64,000 nucleotides of DNA from Scyliorhinus canicula (taxonomy: Eukaryota), in contig NC_052172.1 in assembly GCF_902713615.1 (NCBI RefSeq), positions 6,057,337-6,121,336 of the forward strand, read 5' to 3'. The notes beneath the pieces were generated by a model. That model was given only the letters and a program-made list of their open reading frames with translations, was not told where the DNA came from and searched no databases. This document shows positions 49,797-60,907 of this stretch, piece by piece (the stretch's first letter is position 1; the number at the start of each line of letters is the position of its first letter). Made by a program: the position numbers and the translations under genes.

Positions 49797-51220
49797 TTAC
49801 CAAAATTCACTAGACTCTGGGGTAGTCCCGACGGATTGGTGATTAGCAAACGTGACACCACTGTTTAAAAAAGGAGGTTGGCAGAAAGCGGGTAATGATA
49901 GGCCAGTTAGCTTAACTTCGGTAGTAGGGAAGATGCTGGAATCTATCATCAAGGAAGAAATAGCGAGGCATATGGATGGAAATAGTTCCATTGGGCAGAC
50001 GCAGCATGGATTCATAAAGGGCAGGCCGTGCCTAACTAATGTAGTGGAATTGTTTGAGGACCAGGGCGGTAGATAACGGGGAGCCAATGGATGTGGTATT
50101 TATGGATTTCCAGGAAGCTATTGACAAGGTGCCACACAAAAGGTTGCTGCATAAGATAAAGATGCATGGCATTCAGGGTAAAGTAGTAGCATGGATAGAG
50201 GATTGGTTAATTAATAGAAAGCAACGAGTGGGGATTAATCCCTGTTTCTCTGGTTGGCAATCAGTTGCTAGTTGTGTCCCTCAGTGACCAGTGTTGGGCC
50301 CACAATTGTTCACAATTTACACAGATGATTTGGAGTTGGGGACCAAGTGCAATGTGTCCAGGTATGCAGACGACACTAAGATGAGTGGTAAAGCAAAACG
50401 TGCAGAGGATACCGGACGTCTGCAGAGGGATTTGGATAGGTTAAGTGAATGGGTTAGGATCTGGCAGATTGAATACAATGTTGACAAATGTCAGGTTAGC
50501 CATTTTGGAAGGAATAACAGTAAAATGGATTATTATTTAAATGGTAAAATATTAAAACATGCTGCTGTGCAGAGAGACCTGGGTGTGCTAGTGCATGAGT
50601 CGCAAAATGTTGGTTTACAGGTGCAACAGATGATTAATAAGGGAAATGGAGTTTTGTCCTTCATTGCTAGAGGGATGGAGTTTAAGACTAGGGAGGTTAT
50701 GCTGCAATTGCATAAGGTGTTAGTGAGGCCACACCTGGAGTATTGTGTTCAGTTTTGGTCCCTTACCTGAGGAAGCATGTACTGGCGCTGGAGGGTGTGC
50801 AGAGGAGATTCACTAGGTTAATCCCAGAGCTAAAGGGATTGGATTGCGAGGAGAGGTTGAGTAGACTGGAACTGTGCTCGTTAGAATTTAGAAGGATGCG
50901 GGGGGATTTTATAGAAACATATAAAATTATGAAGGGAATAGATAGATGTGGGCAGGTTGGTTCCACTGGCGGGTGAAAGCAGAACTAGGGGTTCTGAGTC
51001 CATGGAATTCCTTGCCCAGTGAAGCAGTTCATTAAATGTTTTTGAGATTAAGGTAGATAGTTTTTTGAAGAATAAAGAGATTAAGGGGTATGGTGTTGGG
51101 TCCGGAATGTGGAGCTGAGTCCACAAAAGATCAGCCATGATGTCATTGAATGGCGGAGCAGGCTCAAGGGGTCAGATGGCCTACTGTTGCTCCTAGTTCT
51201 TATATTCTTATATCTGTGTG
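49797..51220 (+). mobile_element. CR1 RT/3' fragment, subfamily related to 2843-6318
   Basis: RPVSLTS...QHGF...FMDFQEAIDKVPH...YADDTK...RPHLEYCVQFWS; ~60-bp deletion near 50990. Confidence 0.92.
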
Positions 51221-51549
51221 GAGTTTGCCCATTCTCCCGTATCTGCGCGGGTTTCCTCCGAGCGCTAAGGTTTCAATGCACCAGGTGTTTTAATTGTCAT
51301 TAGTGTCCAACGATTTGGTGGTCAGATAGGGTGGGCGATTGGGCCTAGCTAGGGTTCTCTTTCCAAGGGTCGGTGCAGACTCGGTGGACCGAATGGCCTC
51401 CTTCTGTTCTGTAGGAACTCTGTCATTCTATCTCTCCATCCAGTTAATTTCATACCTGGTATTGACTAGCATCGAATTAAGCTTAATAAAAGCCTTGAAA
51501 CAACACTGACAATGAACACCGTAACAGCCTCCTGAACTCGATAAGTAAC

Positions 51550-51645
51550 CAGTGACAAAGAGTCATCTGGATTCGAAACTTCAGCTTTTTTCTCTCCCGA
51601 CAGATGCTGCCAGATCTGCTGAGATTTTCCAGCATTTTCTCTTTA
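51550..51645 (+). mobile_element. Penelope-like terminal-repeat remnant with degenerate hammerhead motif
   Basis: gtgacaaagagtcatctggattcgaaacttcagc...cagatgctgccagatctgctgagattttccagc. Confidence 0.5.
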
Positions 51646-51764
51646 ATATTTCTGAACTCAATATTAAATTCAACAATTTTCAACCATAATTTCTGAACAA
51701 TCACGTCCCCATCCATTCTGCCAATTTAATTGCCAGTGATTTCTGTTTTGTATTTTTCTGCCTT

Positions 51765-52385
51765 CAGAGAACAAAGAACAAAGAACAAAGAAAATTACAG
51801 CACAGGAACAGGCCCTTCAGTCTTCCCAGCCTGTGCCGATCCAGATCCTTTATCTAAACCTGTCTCCTATTTTCCAAGGTCTACTTACCTCTGTTCCCTC
51901 CCGTTCATATACCTGCCTAGATGCCTCTTAAATGACGCTATCGTGCCCGCCTCTACCACCTCCGCTGGTAAAGCGTTCCAGGCACTCACCACCCTCTGCG
52001 TAAAATACGTTCCACGCACATCTCCCTTGAACTTTCCCCCTCTCACCTTGAAATCGCGACCCCTTGTAACTGACACCCCACTCTTGGAAAATGCTTGTTG
52101 CTATCCACCCTATCCATACCTCGCATAATTTTGTAGACCTCAATCAGGTGCCCCCTTAACCTCCGTCTTTCCAATGAAAACAATCCTAATCTACTCAACC
52201 TTTCTTCATATCTAGCACCCTCCATACCAGGCAACGTCCGGGTGAACCTCCTCTGCACCCTCTTCAAAGCATCCACATCCTTCTGGTAATGTGGCGACCA
52301 GAACTGCACGCAGTATTCCAAATGTGGCCTAACCAAAGTCCTATACAACTGTAACATGACCTGCCGACTCTTGTACTCAATACCC
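51765..52385 (-). mobile_element. CR1 3' fragment with (ttctttg)n tail
   Basis: LYRTLVRPHLEYCVQFWSP...RRRLRGHLIEVYKIM; agaacaaagaacaaagaacaaag at 51768-51790. Confidence 0.92.
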
Positions 52386-52609
52386 AATATCAGAAAACTG
52401 TTCATTCTTCAGAACTTCAAATCAACACTGGAAAAAGCTTATGTTTCTTTACTGGAAATGTTATCCTTCCAATCCCGTTTGGTAGCATGAAACTTGTTAA
52501 CATGTAATCTCTCCCACATCCGCCCCATGGCAGACTGTTTCTACATTTGTACTTTGTCTTGTACAATGCCCATCACATACCTATATTACTGTTTAATAAA
52601 CTCGGTTTG

Positions 52610-53010
52610 TTCTCACAGGAACGACGGAGGTTGAGGGGCGACCTGATAGAGATCTACAAAATTATGAGGGGCATAGGCAGAGTGGATAGTCAGAGGCTTT
52701 TTCCCCGGGTAGAGTGGTAAATTACTAGGGGCATAGGTATAAGGTGCGAGGGGCAAGGATTAGAGGAGATGTACGAGGCAACTTTTTTTACACAGTGGGT
52801 AGTGGGTGCCTGGAACTTGCTGCCAGAGGAGGTGGTGGAAGCAGGGACGATCGTGACATTTAAGGGGCATCTTGACAAATACATGTTTAGGATGGGAATA
52901 GAGAGGTACCGACCCAGGAAGTGCAGAAAATTTTAGTTGAGACGGGCAGCATGGTCGGCACAGGCTTGGAGGGCCGAAGGGCCTAATTCTGTGCTGTACT
53001 TTTCTTTGTT
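52610..53010 (+). mobile_element. CR1 3' fragment
   Basis: RRLRGDLIEIYKIM...TRGHRYKVRG...FFTQWVVGAWN; tail ttttctttgttc. Confidence 0.9.
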
Positions 53011-53799
53011 CCTAGTTCTTCATTTTAAGAATTAAAGGACGTTACCCGAAAGCCTTCAGTCTGAACATTTGTCGATAGATGCTAACAGATCCTCTTAAGG
53101 GTCCCAACATTTTATTTTGTTCAGATTTCTGGTGTTATGCATCAAAATCTCAGACCAGAAACTATTTAAACAGCGGACGAGAACAGTGTCCGAAACGAGA
53201 TACTCAAATAGAGTGTAACGAAATATGGACTGCTGTAATAGCGACTATTTAACCAGCACACGGCTACTTAAAATGATCATTGCAAACAACCATACTGAAC
53301 TAGCGAGAGAAAGCAATTACTGCGGATGCTAAAAACTGAAACAAAAACAGAAATTACTGGACAATCACTGACAGGTCTGACTGCAACATTGTGCAAGTCT
53401 TTGACAAAGAGTCATACATACATCAAACATTAGACCGCTGCACCCTACAGATGTTTCAAACTAGACCAGTTTTTAAATAGCGCCCACAAGACAGTCCCCA
53501 AGGGACCATGAACTGATGCCAATTTAGCCCATCTGACCATTAACTGCTGCAAATGGTGCATTTTGAATAGTGTTTGAGAGCCAACTAATTATACCAAAAC
53601 AGTTTTCATTCATTCACGGAATGTGGGTGTCTCTGGGTAGGCCATAATTTCTTGTCCATCGTTGGATGCTCTTCAGAAAATGGTGGTGAACTGCCTTATT
53701 GGACCGCTGCAGTTCCTGAGGTGCAGGTACTCTTGTCCTTCTAGATGGTTGTGGTCGTGGGTTTGGACGGTGCTGGCTAAGGAAGCTTGGTATCTTCTG

Positions 53800-53990
53800 G
53801 TTTAGGGGATGGTTTAAGTGCTGGTTTTGTACAGTGGGCTACACTGCTGGCTTGTAATGCAGAACAAGACCATCAGCGCGGGTTCAATTCCCGTAATGGC
53901 CTCCCCGAACAGGTGCTGGAATGTGGCAACATGGGGCTTTTCACAGCAACTTCATTGAAGCCTCCTTGTGACAATATCCGATTATTATTA
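53800..53990 (+). mobile_element. Diverged family-2 SINE
   Basis: tgctggttttgtacagtgggctacac...ggttcaattcccgta...cttttcacagcaacttcattgaagcc...gtgacaat. Confidence 0.7.
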
Positions 53991-55885
53991 TTCTGGATGG
54001 CACACATGGCTGCCACTGTTCGTTAGTAGTGGAGGGTTTAAATTTTTGTGTAAGCAATTAAGCGGACTGCTTTGTCTGGAATGCTATCGAACTTCTTGAG
54101 TGTTGCTGCAGCTCCACTCATCCAGCCAAGTGGAGAGTATTCTATTATACTACTGAATTGCGCCATGTCGATGGTGGACAGTTTTTCTTTGGGGGGGGGG
54201 GGGGGACGGGGGGACGGAGGAGGTGTCAGGAAATGAGTTACTCATTGAAACATAGAAACTAGAAGCTGGCGGAGGCTATTCGACCCATTGAGCCTTCGCC
54301 ACCGTTCATTATACTCGCTACAGTATTCCGTGCCTTTGAACTGCTCTTTGAACAGTTTGTGATCAATGGTAACACCCAGAATTTTGATTATGAAGATTCA
54401 GCCATGATAATGTCATTAACTGAGAGCATAAGGCATAGGGGCAGAATTAGGTAATTCGGCCGATCATGTCCGCTCAACTGTTCAATCATGGCTGCTATGT
54501 TTCTCATCCCAATTCTCCTGCTATTTCTCCATAACCTCGGATCCGCTCATAAGTCAAGTACCTACATATATCTGTCTGAAAGGCATTCAGTGATTTGGCC
54601 TCCACAGCCTTTTGTGGCAATGAGTTGGAAAGATTCTGGCTGAAGAAATTCCTCCGGTCTTAAAGGACCGTCCCTTCAGTCTGAAGCTGTGTCCTGGGCT
54701 TCTAGTTTTTCTGACTTATGGACGCTAAGATGCAATTGTTAGATTCTCTATTGCAGGAGATAGTAATTGCCTGACATTTGTGTGGCGCGAATATAACTTG
54801 CAACTAGTTTGTTAAATCCTCAGTATTTTTTACAAGTCTTGCTGCATTTCGACATGGACTGTTTCATTATCTAAAAACTCGTGAATTAATATTTTGCTAC
54901 CATCTGCTAACATCCCAATTTCAGACCAGTTGGAAGGGGGGTCATGGATGAAGCAGCTGATGATGCTTGAGCCCAGGGTACAATTTAGTAACTCCTGCAG
55001 TGATTTACTGGAGCTGAGATGATTGATCTCCAATCAAAACAAGCATATTCCGTGCGACAGGAATCACCCCCAACCAGTGGAGCGATTTTTCCCTGATTCC
55101 CATTGACATCAGTTTTATTTGGGAACATTGATGCCATATTCGGTCTTCATGTCACTCTCACCTTACCTCTGGCATTAAGCTCTTTTGTTAACGTTGAACC
55201 AAAGCTGAACCACTAAATCAAACATGATTAAACATAGCACGAGAGAACAGAATATATTTGCACAGACTGTCTCTGTTTAAAGCGACTAATAACAATAATG
55301 TTTAATTATAAAAAGTGTTGACAGCAAAGAGTATTGATTGAAACAGAGCCGTGCTCTCCATAGTTTCTCGACGAATATAATACATATTGCCTTTTGGAAA
55401 AATACATTTCTGCATGAACCTAGACTTGAATATGAAGGAGGATAATTTAGACTTGATTTGTTAACCCTGCTTCTCTCCACACATGTTGCCTGACCCGTTG
55501 CATCTTCTGTATTAATTTCAGATTTACAGCGTCGCATTATTTTGTTTTTATTAGGAAAACAAATTGGAGTAACACAAACGTGCCGGATGGTGATCGACAG
55601 GCAAGTGTTTACTGGGAGAGAGCGAGAGATTTAATTCATCTGAGAATTTCGAAATTGTTACGTTCCTGGAGCGGGAGAAATGCAGTTCGCAGAACACATA
55701 AATGATTGACGACTTCAATACAGGGGCAGAAGATTGCTGGATGAGTTAAAACGCATGCCAAACAAATTGAAAGGAAGACATTAGTAGTAGAGATCGTAGC
55801 AGAAAATAAATAGGTTTGTTTAATGGAATGGACTAAGCACTGAACTGCTGGAGATAACACCAAATAAAACAATTTAACACCTTAC

Positions 55886-55955
55886 CGGGTATACCCAAAA
55901 CTGGGAGAATGTGGTAGAAAACCCTCCCGATCTTCAGAATTATTGCTTCTTGCAT
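55886..55955 (-). CDS. GPR139/GPR142-like GPCR, exon 1 (70 nt)
   Basis: ATG at 55955; MQEAIILKIGRVFYHILPVLGIP+G|gtaagg donor (55884-55885). Phase 1 matches the exon-2 acceptor (G+CC=Ala); total 969 nt = 322 aa + stop; intron 37842-55885 (18,044 bp). Confidence 0.88.
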
Positions 55956-56025
55956 TCTGTTTTCCTCCTGTCGCCGTTTGATCTCTGCTGTTGCACGAAA
56001 TCCTACACTTCAAATAACGATCTCC

Positions 56026-56038
56026 ATTTATACGTGAC
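56026..56038 (-). promoter_or_regulatory. Putative TATA box of the GPCR gene
   Basis: - strand GTCACGTATAAAT, about 70 bp upstream of the ATG. Confidence 0.5.
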
Positions 56039-56169
56039 ACACAATTCCAGTGGGACAAATAGTTAGTTAATTCAGCATATCAATTACAGTTCATTCAACA
56101 AACATTTACACTCTTTCCAGCGTTTTAATGTCGGCGTCATAACAGTTTAACAGACGAACCTCAACATCA

Positions 56170-57050
56170 AGGGTTGGCCATGTCTTACAAATCTCTTAGA
56201 ATTCTTTGAGGAAGTGAGAAAGAAGTTAGACAAAGGCGGACTTGATTTATTTAGATTTCCAGACGGTCTTTGACAAGGTACCGCATAGGAGACTGTTAAA
56301 TAAGTTAAGAGCCCATGGTGTTAAGGGTAAGGTCCTGGCATGGATAGAGGATTGTCTGACTGGCAGAAGGCAGAGAGTGGGGATGGAGGCGTATTTTTCA
56401 GGATGGCAGCCGGTGACTAGTGGTGTACGTCAGGGATCTGTGCTGGGGCCACACCTTTTCACAACATACATGAATAATCTGAAAGAAGAAAGTGAAGGCA
56501 CTGTTGCCACGTTTGCAACTCATACAAAGATCTGGAGTGGTATAGGCAGTATTGAGGAACAGGGAGGCTTCAGAAGGATTTGTACAGTCTCGGAGAGTGG
56601 GAAAATAAGTGGCAGATGGAACACAATGTGGAAAATGGTGAGGTCATGCAATTTGGAAGGAGAAGTGGAGGAATGGGCTATTTTCTAATTTGGGAAATGC
56701 TCAGGAAATCAGAAGCACAACGGAAGTAGTTGCCTTTGTTCGTAATTCTCTTAATGTTAACGTGCAGGTTCAATCGGCAGTTCGGATGGCAAATGCAATG
56801 TTACCATTCATGTCGAGCTAGCTAGAATACAAGACCAGAGATGTACCTCTGCGTCTTGGAATAATGTGAGCGGTTTGGGGCCCCGATTCTAAGGAAGGGT
56901 GTGCTGGCCTTGGAAACGGTCCAGGGGAGATTCACAGGAATGATCCCTGGAATTAAGAGCTTGGTGTATGAGGAACGGTTCGAGGACACTGGGTCTGTAC
57001 TCGCTGGAATTTAGAAGGATGAGGAGGGATCTTACTGAAACTTACAGGAT
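56170..57050 (+). mobile_element. Degraded CR1 RT remnant
   Basis: IYLDFQTVFDKVPH...SGVRQGSVLGP (ORF 56242-56688). Confidence 0.85.
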
Positions 57051-58330
57051 TCTGTAGTCATAAGTTAGGATGATGGGAGAGAACGCGCAGCCTTTGGTGT
57101 TCCCATGCATTTGCTGTCCTTGTCCTTCAAGGTGGGAGCGGTCAGGTGCTTGGATGGTGCTGGGACAGGAGCCTTGGTGAATTGCTGCATTGCATCTTGC
57201 AGATGGTGCACACAACTTTCACAGTTCTTTGGTGGTGGTGGGAGTGCCGACGATGGTGGATATGGTGCCCTTCAGGCTGGGCTGCTTTGCCCTGGAGGGT
57301 GTCGAGCTTCTTGAGTGTTATTCGAGTTGCAATCATCCAACTAAGTGGAGCGCCTGGAATCACGCCCCTGACCTGTGCCTTGTAGCGGATGGCGAGCATT
57401 TGAAGTGTCACAAAGTGAGTTAGCTTTGAGGAGCCCTTGTTGTCACGGTATTCATATGGATGGTCAATGGTAAAACTCAGAATGGTGATATTGGGAGATT
57501 CAGCGACGGTATTACCATTGAATATCATGGTCAGCTGGTTGAATTATCTCTTGTTCGAGGTGGCCATTGCAGGATCTTGTGTGGCATGAACGTTACTTGC
57601 CACCTGCTAGCCACAATTTCCATGTTGTCCATGCCATGCAACTTATGGGCCGAGGCTGCTTCTGTAACTGAGGAGTCACAAATGAATATTGTGCAATTAT
57701 CATTGTACATGCCCATTTCTGACTTCATGATGGAGAGAGGCTGATTGATGGGGGAGCTGAAGATGGTTGGTTGGCCGTTGGAATAATTGCAGTAATGGCT
57801 CTTGCCTTTTGCAGTATCCAGCGCCTTCAGTCGCTTCTTGATATCACGTGGAGTGAATCGAACTATTTAGAGACTGGCATTTGTGATGTGGGGGATCTCC
57901 CGAGGAGGCCGAAATGGTTCATCCACTCGGTAGTGCTGACTGCAGAATGATTCAGCCTTGCAGTTAACACTGATATTTTGGATTCTCCGGTCATTGAGGA
58001 TGGAGGTATTTGACGAACCTCCTTCTCCCATTAGTCTAATTGTCTGTCGGAATTGGTGACAGATTGTAGCAGGATTGAAGAGCTTAGAGCTGATCCGTTA
58101 GTTGCAGGTTCCCTGAGCTCTGTATATTTCAAGCTGGTCCGTTGTTTGGCATGTAAGTAATCTTGTGTTGTAGATTGATATGGTTGACACGTGATTTTGG
58201 CTATGCCAGGTGCTACTCTTGGCATGTCCTCCTGCATTCCTCATTAAATGATACCCCGGTTTGACAAGAATTGTAGAGTGAGGTTACAGGTTGTGGTTGT
58301 TGACAATTCAACAGCTGTTGATGGCGCACA
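57050..58330 (-). mobile_element. Old CR1-superfamily LINE remnant, paralogous to 1840-2842 + 6319-6520
   Basis: Colinear nucleotide similarity, e.g. gagcttagagctgatccgttagttg at 2769 and 58080. Confidence 0.75.
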
Positions 58331-59572
58331 ATGCCTCGCGGATGGTTGGTATTGATTTGCCAGATAGTTTCCATCATTAATTAGTATTGTAGCTTGATGA
58401 GAATGAGGTGAAGTCGGATTATCTCGCTTGTTGGATCTCTCAAAACCTCTTGCAATCCCAGTCCAGCAGCTGTGACCTTTATGATTCGGTCAGTAATGGT
58501 GCTGTCCAGCCACCCTGGCGGTGGGAATAATGAACAGCATCCAGAATGCAGTGTGTGCAGTTGTAATACTGAGATTGACGATTGACATTCCGACCTGGGA
58601 AGAAAATGATTCATCAGTTGGTAGAGGTGGAGGGGACGGCTGGCATTCTGTAGGCGGTAGACAGCAGCAGATTTGCTTGTTCATGAATCCACATTTTAAC
58701 AAAATTATCGATGTAAATTCCACCAGCATCTTGGATGGATTTGCACCCGACCTTCTAGTACATTCACCTCTGGATGACCATCCTAGCGACATTTAGGAAA
58801 TGTGATCCGGTTATAGATACAATTAGATCATCCACTTCCAGCCCACATCCTCAAAACTCTGAACAACACAAATCCATTAAGCTCTTTCTTGAATTGTCCA
58901 GTTGACCATCAGCATCGGCCACCCTTCGGGAAGGGACCGAGTTCCCGATTTTCCCGATCGGCTTTGTGACGGAATGTTTCCTGACCTCTCTTGTGAAAGG
59001 CCCAGTGCTCGTCGTGATGTTATATTGTTCTGGCTCCCAACTCTGGGGGAAACATCACCTTATTCATCCACCTTATATACTCCTAACATAGCACACACTC
59101 AAATCAGTTCACCCCTCACCATCCTGCCGTACAGGGAACGGAGAACAACTTCTGAAATCTGTCTTCATGAATAATGTCTTGCTGCCGGTACATTCCGTGG
59201 TGTTGGGTTAACGTCCCTGAGCTACTCGTCCATTAGCTCAGGCGGGAAATGTGCTAAACTCAAAATGGCAACGAACGGAATTTAAATTCAATTAATTAAA
59301 AAAAGTGATTGAAAGCTGGTCTCGGGAATGACGGCCATGAAATTATTATCGATTGTTCTGAAACATTGTGCCGCCATACCAATGTGTTTAACTTTTAACT
59401 CACCCTCCAATACCACTGAGGTTAAGGACAATTGGGATGGACAGTGTTTGGGACCTTACCAGCGATGGCCACTGTTGTGAAACACTCCCCGGTGACGCAC
59501 TGGTCAATCTGCTTGCAGTTCCTCCCAGTTTAATGCATCCTTCTTGATCTGCGTTACCCATATAGAACATAG

Positions 59573-59907
59573 AACATAGAACATAGAACAGTACAGCACA
59601 GAACAGGCCCTTCGGCCCTCCATGTTGTGCCGAACAATGATCACCCTACTTAAACCCACGTAACCCGTATACCCATAACCCAACAACCCCCCATTAACCT
59701 TACACTACGGGCAATTTAGCATGGCCAATCCACCTAACCCGCACATCTTTGGACTGTGGGAGGAAACCGGAGCACCCGGAGGAAACCCACGCACACACGG
59801 GGAGGACGTGCAGACTCCACACAGACAGTGACCCAGCCGGGAATCGAACCTGGGACCCTGGAGCTGTGAAGCATTGATGCTAACCACCATGCTACCGTGA
59901 GGCCCCT
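59573..59907 (-). mobile_element. Full-length HE1-like SINE, present in the V3 cassette only
   Basis: (catagaa)n tail; empty site at ~7040 in the V1 cassette (gcgttaccca|gctctgaatgc). Confidence 0.93.
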
Positions 59908-60029
59908 AATATCTGAGCGCAGTATTCCAGAGATCTGGAACAACTTAAGGAAATCTCCCTCCATCAGTTATTCCTGTTCCCATGGTGGGAATGCTTGCAT
60001 TCCTTTTGGATTTAATTTCCTTGTCCCGA

Positions 60030-60245
60030 AAAAACTGGGTTTGAGTGATTTGTGGAGCTGAACTTCTTTCCTCCTCCACACTATGTTGCCTCCAGCCAGT
60101 TAGAAGATGCACTGCTCTAAATTACTCCGGATCTCAAAGGCTTTGTTTGCTTAGCTCTCTTGCTTCATCAGGTTGTGACCCCTCTACACTGCCTGCTCCC
60201 ACCCCGTCCTCTTACATTTAAAATAGAAAGGGGCGTGTCTTTCCG
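60030..60245 (+). promoter_or_regulatory. Putative V3 promoter
   Basis: Conserved block shared with V1 (60030-60122) and AAGGGGCGTGTCTTTCC from 60228. Confidence 0.55.
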
Positions 60246-60293
60246 AGATATCCTTGAACCTTTTCGGTTTCTTCAATTATTGTGTTGAGTCCC

Positions 60294-60816
60294 ATGACGA
60301 CCGGTCTCTCTCTTGTTTCCGCTCACATGTCTAACACCAGTAAAGGTTATCAGTAAAATATGTTTGTGTTACGCTCACGGTGTTATTTCAATGTAAGTAA
60401 TATTTTTTGTGAACAACAATCTTTTAGAATTTCTGTTTCTTAATTATTAGTGTTTTCTTTCTTTCATATTGATCTTTCGCCATATGGATGTCGGTATTTA
60501 TTAATCTCCTGTTCATCCCATCTCTCTTCCAGATGTGAGTTCAGCGAACATCCACCAGATCCCTGCCGCTCTCTCCAAATTTATTGGGGAGGGAGTGAAA
60601 CTGGTTTGTGAAGCTGGAGGAGCCAGTAGCGGTAACATGTACTGGTACAGGCAACATCTGGGGAAGGGACTGCACCAGATGGTTTTCTCTGTAATAACAC
60701 CAAAAGAGGATCCAGGCGGTTTCAGCGCCACACGACCGAATGGCTCCGAGTTGAACCTGGAGTTCTCCAACCAGCTGGTGAATCACTCGGCCGTGTATTA
60801 CTGCGCCTGGAATCTT
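60294..60816 (+). CDS. TRBV: V3: open TCR V segment (TRBV30-like family), functionality uncertain. Leader exon 60294-60339, V exon 60533-60816
   Basis: V exon VSSANIHQIPAALSKFIGEGVKLVCEAGGASSGNMYWYRQHLGKGLHQMVFSVITPKEDPGGFSATRPNGSELNLEFSNQLVNHSAVYYCAWNL has no stop and is 284 nt versus 296 in V1/V2. The in-frame leader MTTGLSLVSAHMSNT(N) is only weakly hydrophobic. Confidence 0.85.
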
Positions 60817-60855
60817 CACAGTGCGTCAGAGAGATGGAGCAGTTCAACAAAAATC
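60817..60855 (+). promoter_or_regulatory. 23-RSS of V3
   Basis: CACAGTG (60817-60823) + 23 bp + ACAAAAATC (60847-60855). Confidence 0.95.
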
Positions 60856-60907
60856 CAAAGGCAGCAGGAGATAACTTTGCGCGGTGTTGGATTTTATGTG
60901 ATTTTAT

